NCBI RefSeq assembly: GCF_006345805.1 | Contig: NW_021833546.1 | Location: 1-32,378, forward strand | Length of the DNA: 32,378 nt | Source: Octopus sinensis | Taxonomy: Eukaryota | Direction: 5' to 3' | The notes under the pieces: generated by a model | Database searches by the model: none | What the model was told of the DNA's origin: nothing | What the model saw: the letters and a program-made list of their open reading frames with translations, nothing else | Program-made: the position numbers and the translations under genes | Part shown: in pieces, positions 1 to 12,071 of the stretch | Numbering within the stretch: position 1 is the stretch's first letter | How the letters are laid out: each line of letters begins with the position of its first letter

Positions 1-47
1 TAGATATATATTATCGATATAGATACATACATACACATATATATATA

Positions 48-80
<33 letters not shown>

Positions 81-116
81 CACAATATATAGATATATAT
101 ATATGTATATATGTGC

Positions 117-150
<34 letters not shown>

Positions 151-151
<1 letters not shown>

Positions 152-288
152 ACGGGTTTCTTTCAGCTTCCATCTACCAAATCCACTCACAAAGCTTTGG
201 TTGGCCTGGGGGTATAGTAGAAGGCACTTGCCCAAAGTGGCATGCAGTGGGACTGAACCCAGAACCCTACCATGCAGCCATACCTGCA

Positions 289-291
<3 letters not shown>
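151..291 (-). mobile_element. SINE family A, 5' half
   Basis: Reverse complement of the family A head, ending in (TA)n. Confidence 0.7.
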
Positions 292-325
<34 letters not shown>

Positions 326-329
326 AAGG

Positions 330-628
330 AAAAAATAACAATAATAATAGGCAGAATGCTAAATTGAAAGTAAATTGCAATATAAATGGGTCTAAGAAAG
401 ATTAAAAAGGGTTTCAAACGGGCTTTCATTGCATGGCAAAATTTCAAGATAAGAAAGGGGAAACAAAAAATAATGTTTTTTTCAAATAATTTTTCCCCCC
501 ACTTTCTTATCTTGAAAAGTTGCTATGCGATGAAAGCTGGTTTGAAAACCTTTTAAATTTTTCTTATACTTATTTATATTAAAATTTGCTTTCAGTTTAG
601 CATTCTGCCTTATTATTATTATTTTTTC
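330..628. repeat. Imperfect ~300-bp foldback
   Basis: aggcagaatgctaaattgaaag pairs with ctttcagtttagcattctgcct, and ttcaagataagaaag with ctttcttatcttgaa. Confidence 0.8.
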
Positions 629-682
629 CTTTCTTATCATTTCTCCACGTGCAGTTAACACAACCCCACCATTTACTGACTT

Positions 683-717
<35 letters not shown>

Positions 718-721
<4 letters not shown>

Positions 722-840
722 CCTGCTCGCTTAGCCAGCGGGATGGCATCATTTGAAGGCTAAAACAATGCGAAGCGCATTGTGACCAGCGGTGTGTAGC
801 AACATCTAATAGCCTGGTTGTTCACGGTGATCAAGGTGAT
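718..840 (+). mobile_element. SINE family B, tail type 1 only
   Basis: Matches 22930-23049. Confidence 0.7.
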
Positions 841-960
841 ATATATATATCATCGATTAATGTCCTCCTTCCATGTTAGCATATATATACATACATACAT
901 ACATACATTCATACATACATACATACATACATACATACATAACATACATGCATACATACA

Positions 961-1002
<42 letters not shown>

Positions 1003-1005
<3 letters not shown>

Positions 1006-1292
1006 AAGATTATTTGCCAACATAATGTGGCAGTCTCGATTAGGACGAATGTTATTGCTATTTAGACCCAGGAAATATTGTCTCCAGCTGGCGATTGATG
1101 TATTATCTGCATCCTTATATTTTTAAACAAGGGATTTTACTGTCCCCACTCAGCTCAGCTCCCTTGTTCGAAAATATAATGACACAGACAGTGCGTTGGT
1201 CAGCAGCTGGAGACGATGTTTCCTGGGGATAAATAGTAGTAACATCTGTCCTAATAAAGACTGCCACATTATGTTGGCAAATAATCTTTTCT
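1003..1292. repeat. MITE-like foldback
   Basis: aaagattatttgccaacataatgtggcagtct pairs with agactgccacattatgttggcaaataatcttt; pairing continues inward to ccagctg/cagctgg. Confidence 0.85.
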
Positions 1293-1339
1293 CTAGAGTA
1301 CTGTTACTGAATGTTTCTCGTTCAGAGATTCAGAAATAA

Positions 1340-1404
1340 TATTTTTCTATTGATATCTGTGTATATATATATATACACACACACCACACCACATATACAT
1401 GTAT

Positions 1405-1443
<39 letters not shown>

Positions 1444-1528
1444 TATATATATTATATATATATATATATAGATATATATATATATATATAATATATAATA
1501 TATATATAATAATATATATATATATATA

Positions 1529-1565
<37 letters not shown>

Positions 1566-1628
1566 TTATATATATACATATTATAATATATATATATATC
1601 TATATAATATATATATATATTATATGTA

Positions 1629-1688
<60 letters not shown>

Positions 1689-1792
1689 TCATATATATAT
1701 TATATATATATTTGTATATGTATATACATATATATACATATATATATACATATATATAAATATATATACATACATATATACATATGTATATA

Positions 1793-1826
<34 letters not shown>

Positions 1827-1853
1827 CATATATATATACATATATAATATATG

Positions 1854-1884
<31 letters not shown>

Positions 1885-1938
1885 ATATATATATTATGTA
1901 TATATATATATATATATTATGTATATACATATATATAT

Positions 1939-1976
<38 letters not shown>

Positions 1977-2025
1977 GATTATATATACACACACTATATA
2001 CACGCACATATATATATAAATATAT
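1340..2025. repeat. Long compound (TA)n microsatellite region
   Basis: Direct observation. Similar tracts lie at 1-150, 4490-4690, 5105-5330, 5620-5800, 19940-20300, 20400-20640, 20920-21430, 29690-29810, 30010-30300 and 30990-31260. Confidence 0.95.
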
Positions 2026-2362
2026 GTGAAGGTGCGTGGTTAGGTGCGTGGTTAGTGGTTAGGGGCATTCGGTTCGCAATCGTAGGGTCGTGAGTTCAAT
2101 TCCTGGTGACGCATTGTGTCCTTGAGCGAGATATTTTATTTCACATTGCTCCACTCCACGCAGCTGGCAAAAATAAATAGTACCTGTAATTCAAACGGGC
2201 CAGCCTTGTCACACACTGAGCCATGCTGAATCTCCCTGAGAACTACATTAAGGGTATACATGTTTGTGGTGTACTCAACCATTTGCAAATTAATTTCATG
2301 AGCAAGCTGTTCTATTGATTGGATCAGCTGGGACCCTTGTCATTATAACTGCCAGAGAGCTC
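2026..2362 (+). mobile_element. SINE with a different tRNA-like head and body, sharing tail type 2
   Basis: Head ggttagtggttaggg...gtgagttcaattcc; 3' part (tacctgtaattcaaacgggccagccttgtcac...) matches 28990-29165. Confidence 0.7.
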
Positions 2363-2762
2363 CTTGTATGTATATATAATAATAATATTAGGGAGTAAAT
2401 CCAAACTTACAGGGAAAAATTAGATTTAGGATTAAATCTAATTTTATAGTATAAATATATATTATATATTATATATTATATATTATATTAAATTAGAGAT
2501 AAAACCACTATTAGGCAAATCAAACAGTGAAAAACATAAGCCAATACATAGAAATAAAATTAATTAAAAATATATAAAAAAATATAAAATATAAAAATCC
2601 AATTAAAATATTTAAATTAAAGTTAAAATTTTTAAAAATTATTTAAATTAATAATTTAAACTTATAAATTATAAATATATATATATTTTTATTATTATTT
2701 TATTTAATTATTAATTTTTTTTTATTTATATTATTTATTTTTTTATTTTTTTATTTTTTTAT

Positions 2763-3330
2763 AAGGTGGCAGTGGTAGTGGTGGTCGTGGTGGTGGCAGT
2801 GGTGGTGGTGGTGGTGGTAGTGGTGGTGGTGGTGGTGGTGGTGGTGGCAGTGGTGGTGGTAGTGGTGGTGGTGGTGGTGGTGGCAGTGGTGGTGGTAGTG
2901 GTGGTGGTAGTGGTGGTGGTGGTGGTGGCAGTGGTAGTGGTGGTGGTGGTCCGGATGCTCGAGTTGTACTTCTAGGTGGTGGTTGTAGTTGCGGTGGTTC
3001 TGACATTGTTGTTGGTGGTCGTGGTGGCTTGCGTTGCTGCAGTGCAGATGTATTTTGCAGGGTGGTGCATACAGCGGGTAGGTAGGGTGAGCAAAGTGGC
3101 AAATAGGTACAACCATCGTGGAGTGATAGGTGAGGGGAGGGGGAAAGGGAAAGGAAGGGAACCCCTTGCTTTCCCTTCCATCCCCACAACCACCACCACC
3201 ACTGCCACCATCATTACCACCACTAAAACCAGTGCCACCACTATCAAAACTACCATCACTACCATCACCATCACCACCAACACCATCCTCACCCCCCAAC
3301 CACACACCACTACCAAAACTACCACCCACC
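2763..3330. repeat. (GGT)n tract and (ACC)n tract in inverted arrangement
   Basis: GGT-rich 2763-3030 and ACC-rich 3185-3330. Confidence 0.8.
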
Positions 3331-3435
3331 CCCCATCTCTTCCTGACTATGCCTTTGTGAATCATCCTTTGTGATTCATTGATCCATAAATATATACAAA
3401 ACCATGAGACAAATATTCCTTACAATATATATATG

Positions 3436-3500
<65 letters not shown>

Positions 3501-3662
3501 GTGTGTATATTTCCCTTGTTAACAATTAACACAGAAAAAATAGATAAATAGTTACCAGGGTAGCAAATAATCACACAAGTAAAAAGGTTGTAACTCCTTG
3601 TTTTCAAAGGTAGAGATTTCAGGTTAACATAAAATATTTTGTATAATAAATATAAATAAAGA

Positions 3663-4008
3663 AATGGAATTAAACGCAGGTGTTATTCAAATTCTTTTAC
3701 TTCCGACACATGTTTCGAAGCTAAATCACGCAGAGTGAAGCTGCTAGACACAGATTGACCTTGAACTCTGCTGTGCATGCACACAAAGTTTTAACGTTCT
3801 AGCTCACTTCTGCTGTTTATAGCAGAGCTTGGAAGGAAGGTGTGTAGTGTGTGATCGTCTTATTGACGAGTTTCATTTCTTCACTTCCCTAAAGAGAAGA
3901 TTGCATTATTTTACACCATTTTATTCCTTTGGAATACTACCAATGATATCTTCGAAACATGTGTCAGAAGTAAAAGAATTTGAATAACACCTGCGTTTAA
4001 CTCCATTT
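3663..4008. repeat. Pair of ~57-bp inverted repeats (3663-3720 and 3951-4008) enclosing a mariner fragment
   Basis: aaatggaattaaacgcaggtgttattcaaattcttttacttccgacacatgtttcgaag and its near-exact reverse complement. Confidence 0.85.
3716..3875 (+). mobile_element. Fragment of the same mariner 5' region
   Basis: cgaagctaaa...cagagtgaagctgct...gttctagctcactt...gcttggaaggaaggtgtgtag aligns with the reverse complement of about 29265-29425. Confidence 0.65.
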
Positions 4009-4010
4009 AG

Positions 4011-4141
4011 TTACTCTTTTACTTGTTTCAGTCATTTGACTGTGGCCATGCTAGAGCACCGCCTTTAGTCGAGCAAATCGACCCCAGGACTTATTCTTTG
4101 TAAGCCCAGTACTTATACTATCGGTCTCTTTTGCCAAACCG
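4011..4141 (-). mobile_element. SINE family A, 3' tail
   Basis: Reverse complement of 6070-6200. Confidence 0.75.
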
Positions 4142-4611
4142 AATGAGCGGTCTTTGGCGGCTATTTCTAAATTTTCAGTATGTGGTGAAGCAACTTGTTG
4201 CTTAACCCTTAATTATAATTATATATATATATATACATATATATGCGTGTGCACACATACATACATACATACATACATACGTACGTACGTACATACATAC
4301 ATACATACATACATACATACATACATACATACATACGTACATACATACATGCATATATGTGTGTGCGTGTAAATATTATACCCTTTGAATGAGTAATTTA
4401 TGATCTCATCCACACTTTCAGAACTTGACAGCTAAATCAAAACATTAATACCAAATTCATTTGTTGTATACACACTAATATCATCTAAATATATATATCT
4501 ATATATATATATATTATATATATCTATATTATATATTATATATAATATATATACATATATAATATATATGCACACTCCATCCATTGTCTCCCGAGACAAA
4601 AGGATGCCAAA

Positions 4612-4689
<78 letters not shown>

Positions 4690-4841
4690 GTATAACTATA
4701 TAACAAAGTAAACTTGCAAGGTACCACATGAGTGAAAATGTATAGGAAAGAGGGTTGTAAATGCAGAGGTCTTTTAAGATGTTTATTGACTTGACTGGCC
4801 AAGGGCAAAAATCTTGTTGCACAATTCTTTCTCTCCTTCAT

Positions 4842-4937
4842 CTATCTGGTTTGCCAGTTCTCAGTCAAATCGTCCAACCTATGCTAGCATGGAAAGCAGA
4901 CGTTAAACAATGATGATGGTGACGATGATGATGATGA
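4842..4937 (+). mobile_element. 3' end of the same RTE-tailed family
   Basis: gtccaacctatgctagcatggaaagcagacgttaaac followed by (GAT)n. Confidence 0.65.
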
Positions 4938-4949
4938 TCTCTCTCACAG

Positions 4950-5104
4950 AGGCGCAGGAGTGGCTGTGTGGTAAGTAGCTTGCTTAGATGGTTCCGGGTT
5001 CAGTCCCACTGTGTGGCACCTTGGGCAAGTGTCTTCTATAGCCTCGGGCTGACCAAAGCCTTGTGAGTGGATTTGGTAGACGGAAACTGAAAGAAGCCCA
5101 TCGT
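4950..5104 (+). mobile_element. SINE family A, 5' half
   Basis: Head ending at aagaagcccatcg, followed by (TA)n. Confidence 0.75.
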
Positions 5105-5110
5105 ATATAA

Positions 5111-5247
<137 letters not shown>

Positions 5248-5267
5248 CTATATAGAATATATATATA

Positions 5268-5329
<62 letters not shown>

Positions 5330-5330
<1 letters not shown>

Positions 5331-5531
5331 CATTAAGACTGAACACGAAAAGGTGGACAGTCAACTGGTAGATATAGACGTCAAATCGCCATTCTCCACA
5401 AAGATTTTGTTCTCAAATAAATAAAAATAAAAATAAAATATTTGAGAACAAAATCTTTGTGGAGAATGGCGATTTGACGTCTATATCTAGCATGTTGACT
5501 GTCCACCTTTTCGTGTTCAGTCCTTAATTGG
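5330..5531. repeat. Near-perfect foldback element (~90-bp arms, 19-nt A-rich loop), flanked by TA
   Basis: Arm 5330-5419 is the reverse complement of 5439-5531 with few mismatches. Confidence 0.9.
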
Positions 5532-5627
5532 TATATATAAATATTTTAATCTTCGGATTCTTTTTAATGTGCTAGACCACTGGTTTTAATTGACTAATAT
5601 CAATTTTTACCCTTATTTTTAAATATA

Positions 5628-5776
<149 letters not shown>

Positions 5777-5799
5777 TATATACATACATATATATATAT

Positions 5800-6210
5800 A
5801 GGAGTGGCTGTGTGGTAAGTAGCTTGTTTACCAACCACATGGTTCCGGGTTCAGTCCCACTGTGTGGCACCTTGGGCAAGTGTCTTCTATAGCCTCGGGC
5901 CGACCAAGGCCTTGTGAGTGAATTTGGTATACGGAAACTGAAAGAAGCCCGTCGTATATATGTATATATATATATATATATGCGTGTGTATGTTTGTGTG
6001 TCTGTGTTTGTCCCCCTAGCATTGCTTGACAACCGATGCTGGTGTGTTTATGTCCCTGTTACTTAACGGTTCGGCAAAAGAGACCGATAGAATAAGTACT
6101 GGGCTTACAAAAAGAATAAGTCCCGGGGTCGATTTGCTTGACTAAAGGCGGTGCTCCAGCATGGCCGCAGTCAAATGACTGAAACAAGTAAAAGAGTAAA
6201 GCGTAAAGAG
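5800..6210 (+). mobile_element. tRNA-derived SINE family A, near full length (internal (TA)n/(TG)n, (GAGTAAA)-type tail)
   Basis: Pol III A-box-like tggctgtgtggtaag and B-box-like ggttcagtcc; 13 copies or fragments in the window. Confidence 0.8.
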
Positions 6211-6298
6211 AGTGTTGGTTAATTCTTCTCCTCACTCTCTCGCTTTCTCTCACTCTCATTCATTCTTTTCCACTCTCTTTCTTTCTCTCTTTCTGCAG

Positions 6299-6472
6299 TG
6301 TCAGCTCCCGCCAAAGCAGGGATCTTCTCTACAACAGCAAAGAGGCCCAACGAAAATGCGACCGAGTACATTCAGGTGGAATGTGGAAAGACTGTAAATG
6401 TAACATCCGACAGGGCCGAAAAGGTTACCATTTCTTGTGTTGGCGGTCCCAAGACGTATCAGATGGACCCAT
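6299..6472 (+). CDS. Internal coding exon A of a ZP-domain protein (first half of ZP-N, Cys1-Cys2)
   Basis: Pyrimidine tract plus ttctgcag acceptor (AG 6297-6298) and donor T|gtaagc at 6473; phase 1/1. Reads SAPAKAGIFSTTAKRPNENATEYIQVECGKTVNVTSDRAEKVTISCVGGPKTYQMDP. The split codon T+AC (Tyr) joins exon B in frame. Confidence 0.8.
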
Positions 6473-6532
6473 GTAAGCATTCTTCACTTCTTTTCCATTC
6501 TCCCTCCCTATCAATCTATCAATCTATCTATC

Positions 6533-6811
6533 TTTCCACGGGTAAACCTCACCTGTCCTCCCCTTTACACTTCATATTGACATTTCTGTGATAACGATCC
6601 CTTTTGATCAATTTTTTCCTTTCCCTTTTCCCTCCCTCTTTTTTTATTTATTATTATTTTTTTTTATCCCCCCTTTTTTTTGTCCTCTTTCTTTCCTTTT
6701 ACGATCCCTTTTGATCGAAAACCAAACCCCCCTTTTTTACCCCCAAAAGAAAAGCTCTACCTTGTAATTTGTCCTGTCTGTGTGCAGCCCTGTGTGGCTA
6801 ATAAAGAAACA
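6533..6811 (+). mobile_element. Tx1/L1-like LINE, 5'-truncated 3'UTR copy A
   Basis: Homologous to the 3'UTR of copy C (ttccacgg-taaacct... to ...ctgtgtggctaataaagaaac). Preceded and followed by TCTA repeats. Confidence 0.7.
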
Positions 6812-6829
6812 TATCTATCAGTCTATCAC

Positions 6830-6981
6830 TCTTTTACGATCCCTTTTGATCGAAAACCTACCCCACTTTTTATTTTTTAGTTTTATTTTTATTTTGCTTT
6901 TTTTCTTCTCCCCCAAAAGAAAAGCTCTACTTTGTAATTTGGCCCCTCTGTGTTCAGCCCTGTGTGGCTAATAAAGAAACA
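6830..6981 (+). mobile_element. Tx1/L1-like LINE, short 3'UTR copy B
   Basis: Same terminal ~150 nt (acgatcccttttgatcgaaaacc ... aaaagctctac ... gtggctaataaagaaac), followed by a (TCTA/TCTG/TCCA)n tract. Confidence 0.7.
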
Positions 6982-7271
<290 letters not shown>

Positions 7272-8146
7272 TGCCTGTTCGGGACGACTTTCGGGCCAGG
7301 GCCCATGGACAACTTCCAGAGATCCCTGGCCTGGCAGTGCTACCGAGAAGCGCTACCCGTTCGGGATAAGCTCTACAGACACGGCTCGAGAAACACGGGG
7401 CCGACCTGCCAGAGCGACGAAACCGTTCTGCACGCACTCATGCAGTGTCCAACAATTTCCGACCTGTGGGCTTATGTCGAACAACTGCTGTCACGTGTGG
7501 GACGAGTCAGTTTATCAGCTGAGTTTATCGTCAATATTGTCACGCCTCCTTCCTTCAAACGGGAAGGAAGAGCTATTTTCATCATCCTTGTGGCTATGGC
7601 GAAAGAATGTACCTGGTGGACGTGTCTGAAAGGATTGGAGACAAACACTTTCCTCTCTGATCAATCTCTCATCAACTTCTTCAAGTATCACTTGAATAGG
7701 AAAGTGAGAGTAGAGAGGCAAGTTTTGTCTAGCGAATGTTTTAAAAAAAGATGGGTGAATGTAGCAAGGATGGCACGTATGAATGACGAAGCCACCTTGA
7801 GCATAATCCTATGAACCCAGAAATTGAAAACAGAGCGTTACCCACTTGCAAACAAATGTGGTAACATATAACAATATTGACCAAGGTTACCGTGGTCTTT
7901 TTCGTAGGCTTTTCTTCCCACGGATAAACCTTACTTGCTTTCCCCTTCTTTTGTTTCTTTTCCTTTTTCTTTTTTCTTTTTTGTTCTTTTTTTCCCTTTT
8001 ACGATCCCTTTTGATCAAAAACCTGCGCCACCTTTCTTTTTGTTTCTTTTGTTTTTTGTTTTTTGTTTTTTTCATCCCCCAAAAGAAAAGCTCTACCTTG
8101 TAACTTGTCCCATCTGTGTGCAGCCCTGTGTGGCCAATAAAGAAAC
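7272..8146 (+). mobile_element. Tx1/L1-clade LINE 3' fragment (ORF2 C-terminal zinc-binding region plus 3'UTR), copy C
   Basis: ORF 7305-7814: LAWQCYREALPVRDKL...PTCQSDETVLHALMQC...LW matches the C-terminal Cys/His region of Tx1/L1 ORF2, with one Cys of the CxxC apparently lost. T-rich 3'UTR ends in AATAAAGAAAC. Confidence 0.8.
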
Positions 8147-8244
8147 TTATCTATCTATCTATTTATCTATCTATTCATCCATCCATCCATCCATCCATCC
8201 ATCCATCCATCTATCTATCTATCTATCTGTCTATCTATTATCTA

Positions 8245-8278
<34 letters not shown>

Positions 8279-8334
8279 CATCCATGCATCCATCATGCAT
8301 CCATCCATCCATCCATCCATCCATCCATCCATCC

Positions 8335-8388
<54 letters not shown>

Positions 8389-8687
8389 TTATCTATCTAT
8401 CCATCCATCCATCCATCCATCCATCCATCTATCTATCTATCTATCTATCTGTCTATCTGTCTGTCTGTCCGTCCGTCCGTCAGTCCATCCGTCCGTCAGT
8501 CCATCCGTCCGTTTGTCTGTCTGTCTGTCCGTCCGTCCGTCCGTCCATCCGTCAGTCCACCCGTCCATTTGTCTGTCTGTCTGCCCGTCAGTCCATCCGT
8601 CCGTTTGTCTGCCTGTCTGTCTGTCCGCCCGTCCGTCAGTCCATCCGTCCATCAGTCCATCTATCTGTCTGTCTATCTAATTATAAC

Positions 8688-9120
8688 AGAGAGGGAAGTT
8701 TTGTCTAGTGAATGTTTCAAAAAAAGATGGGTGAACGTAGCAAGAATGGCACGTGTGAATGACAGACCCACCTTGAGCACAATCCTATGAACCAGAAAAA
8801 GAAAAGAAAAAAGAGGGTCACTTACTGTAATGTATTTTTTGCACGACATTTTTACCCGAGGTTACCGTGGTCTTTTCTGTAGGCTTTTCTTTCCATGGAT
8901 AAACCTAATCTGTTTCCCATTTTACATTATGACATTTCTGTGATACACGATCCCTATTGATCGAATTTCTTCCCTTTTTTTTTTTGCTTTTCCACGATCC
9001 CCTTTGATCAAAATTCAACCCCCACCTTTATTCTTTTGTCTCTTTCCTTCCCAAAAAGAAAAGCTCTACTTTGTATTTTGTACCCCCTATGTTTAGCTCT
9101 GTGTGGCTAATAAAGAAACA
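8688..9120 (+). mobile_element. Tx1/L1-like LINE 3' fragment, copy D
   Basis: Encodes VLSSECFKKRWVNVARMAR...TLSTIL*, nearly identical to the end of the copy C ORF, with the same 3'UTR and terminus. Confidence 0.8.
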
Positions 9121-9138
9121 TATCTAACTATCTCTCTC

Positions 9139-9169
<31 letters not shown>

Positions 9170-9198
9170 ATCTTTCTCTCTCTCTATCTATCTATCTA

Positions 9199-9239
<41 letters not shown>

Positions 9240-9248
9240 TTCTATCTA

Positions 9249-9280
<32 letters not shown>

Positions 9281-9299
9281 ACTCAGAATCACAAAAAGG

Positions 9300-10197
9300 G
9301 TTTGCCTCCATCACCGCCAATATCACCCACAACACCACTACTACCACCACCACCAAAACCACCAGCACCACAACCAGCACCACCACCAAAACCACCACCA
9401 TCACCACCAAAACCACCATCACCACCACCACTACCACCACCACCACCACCATAACCACCACCACCACCATCACCAAAACCACCACCACCACCACCAAAAC
9501 CACCACCACTACTGCCGCCAAACCACCACCACCACCACCACCACCGCAACCACCGCTGCCGCCACCACCACCATCACCACAACCATCACCAAAACCACCA
9601 CCACTACCGCCACCAAACCACCACCACCACCACCATCACCACTGCCAAACCACCACTACCGCAACCACCACCGCAACCACCGCTGTCGCCACCACCACCA
9701 CCACCATCACCAAAACCACCACCACTACCGCCACCAAACCACCAGAACCACCACCACCACCACCACACCACCACAACCACCGCTGCCGCCACCACCACCA
9801 CCACCACCACCACAACCACCGCTGCCGCCACCACCACCACCACCACCACCACCACCATCACCACAACCACCACCACCACCGCCGCCAAACCACCACCACC
9901 ACCACCACCACCACCACCACCACCACCACCACCAAAACCATTACCAAAACCACCACCACCAAACCACCACGACCACCACCGCCACCACCGCCGCAGCCAC
10001 CACCACGACCATCACCACCACCACCACCGCCACCACCACCACCGCCGCCATAACCACCACCACCACCACTACCGCCGCCACCACCACCATCACCACCACC
10101 ACCATCACCACCACCACCACCACCACTACTGCCGCCACCACCACCACCACCACCACTGCCGCCAAACCACCACCACCACCACCACCACCACCACCTA
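9300..10197 (+). repeat. Degenerate (ACC)n tract
   Basis: About 900 nt of ACC/GCC/ATC/AAA variants ending roughly 40 nt before the exon B acceptor. Confidence 0.9.
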
Positions 10198-10235
10198 CAA
10201 CTTATGTCCTTTGTGTCCTTCTTTCTCTGTTGCAG

Positions 10236-10666
10236 ACGAAGTATATCTGCAGATCAATATCAGTGATCTCACTCCAACGACTGGCACCTGCAGGCTGCCC
10301 AGAGTCTCCATGAGCAATCAGGGATCTAATCCCAGTGCCAATAGCCATCCGGGTCATCCGGGCCAAGACAGCAATGCCAACGCCAGCGATGATGAGGATG
10401 TCTTCCTGGTGAACGTGACGACTTCCCGAAGCAACGGGCAACGCAAGACGTACCTGGAGCATTGCATGTACGAGTCGTTTGGAATTATGCAGGTAAAAAT
10501 GAACAGCTTGGTCGATGCCGCAGCACAAGGGGCAGGAGGAACAGGAGGAGATGATCATGGAGAAGGAGGAGGCGGAAGGGAAGACACTAAAGACCTAAGC
10601 ATCGTCATGGAAATACGCGACAAATCATGGAATATGCTGACAGCACAAACGTCAGCCAACACTGCT
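10236..10666 (+). CDS. Internal coding exon B (second half of ZP-N with Cys3 and the Cys4 C-x-Y motif, Gly-rich linker, start of ZP-C)
   Basis: ctttctctgttgcag acceptor and GCT|gtaagg donor at 10667; phase 1/0, matching both neighbours. Reads EVYLQINISDLTPTTGTCRLP...VFLVNVTTSRSNGQRKTYLEHCMYESFG...DLSIVMEIRDKSWNMLTAQTSANTA. Confidence 0.85.
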
Positions 10667-10672
10667 GTAAGG

Positions 10673-10701
<29 letters not shown>

Positions 10702-10703
<2 letters not shown>

Positions 10704-11092
10704 TATGTTTGACTTTTGCTTTATATTTGTACAAGTTGGCTCCAAGTCTCACCCAGAAACCTCAAGAGACAACAGGTTGGATGTTCACATTATTGTTATG
10801 CCATATATTTGGGGGGTTTTTTTGGTGTTGTACCAGTGGATGTCTAAAAAAAAAAATTATGTTTGTTTTAAACCTTGAGATTACATAGAATGTATTTTGC
10901 GTAGGGTATGAGCAGTTCCCATGAGCACTATCGTTTGAATTTCTACCATTTTTTGGTTTCCTGGTATCTGAGTTACATAGCAATCAGCCCCTTTTGCTAT
11001 CATTTCCAGGGCACGTATGACAACAGGTATTGTTTTAGTCTTCAGGTTTCACATTTTGCTCATTTCTATTTCAAGATCTTTATACTTGCTTT
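10702..11092 (-). mobile_element. R4/Dong-like non-LTR retrotransposon 3' fragment, unit 1
   Basis: Minus strand reads SKYKDLEIEMSKM*NLKTKTIPVVIRALEMIAKG...EIQTIVLMGTAHTLRKIHSM*, the C-terminus of an RLE endonuclease. Bounded by (TAA)n. Confidence 0.8.
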
Positions 11093-11111
11093 ATTATTAT
11101 TATTATTATTA

Positions 11112-11517
11112 TTCTATGTTTGACTTTTGCTTTGCATTTGTACAAGTTGGCTCCAAGTCTCACCCAGAGACCTCAAAAGACAACAGGCTGGAAGTTCACG
11201 TTGTTGTTATGCCTAGGGTGCCATATATTTGGTTTTGTACTTAGTATTGTACTAGTGAATGTTTAAGAAACCATAAGAAAATTATGTTTGTTTTAAAACT
11301 TGAGATTACATAGAATGTATTTTGCGTAGGATATGAGCAGTTCCCATGAGCACTATCGTTTGAATTTCTACCATTTTTGGGTTTCCTGGTATCTGAGTTA
11401 CGTAGCAATCAGCCCCTTTTGCTATCATTTCCAGGGCACCTATGACAACAGGTATTGTTTTAGTCTTCAGGTTCCCCATTTTGCTAATTCCTATTTCAAG
11501 ATCTTTATACTTGCTTT
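11112..11517 (-). mobile_element. R4/Dong-like 3' fragment, unit 2
   Basis: Near-identical to unit 1 (425-nt period over the coding part), with the same 5' truncation point. Bounded by (TAA)n. Confidence 0.8.
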
Positions 11518-11536
11518 ATTATTATTATTATTATTA

Positions 11537-12071
11537 TTCTATGTTTGACTTTTGCTTTGCATTTGTACAAGTTGGCTCCAAGTCTCACCCAGAAACCTCA
11601 AGAGACAACAGGTTGGAAGTTCATGTTGTTGTTATGCCTAGGGTGCCACATATTTGGTTTTGTACTTAGTGTTGTACTAGTGAATGTTTAAGAAACCATA
11701 AGAAAATTATGTTTGTTTTAAAACTTGAGATTACATAGAAAGTATTTTGCGTAGGATATGAGCAGTTCCCATGAGCACTATCTTTTGAATTTCTACCATT
11801 TTTGGGTTTCCTGGTATCTGAGTTACGTAGCAATCAGCCCCTTTCGCTATCATTCCCAGGGCACGTATGACAACAGGTATTGTTTTAGTCTTCAGTTCCC
11901 ATTTTGCTGATTTCTATTTCAAGATCATATTTCCTCAGTTTTTGGTAGGTCTTGACAGATACGTTTATATATCGATTGGACAGTCATATGATGAGGAGGC
12001 ATGTTCTTTGTTGAAGTCTTTCAATATGATGTCTGGCCTATTTGCATCTATCTTCCTGTCAGTTTGAATGG

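Noticed and set aside
2743-3041. Minus-strand proline-rich (formin-like) terminal exon QRKPPRPP...PPPPYKKIKK*
   Set aside because: Mostly (CCA)n microsatellite with no partner exons found on the minus strand.
9288-10200. Thr-rich mucin-like exon (SQKGFASITANITHNTTTTT...KTTT)
   Set aside because: The frame drifts T to P to H at AAA/AAAA sites and there is no good donor. It would fall in the middle of ZP-N, while exons A and B already splice in frame. Treated as an intronic repeat; RNA-seq could overturn this.
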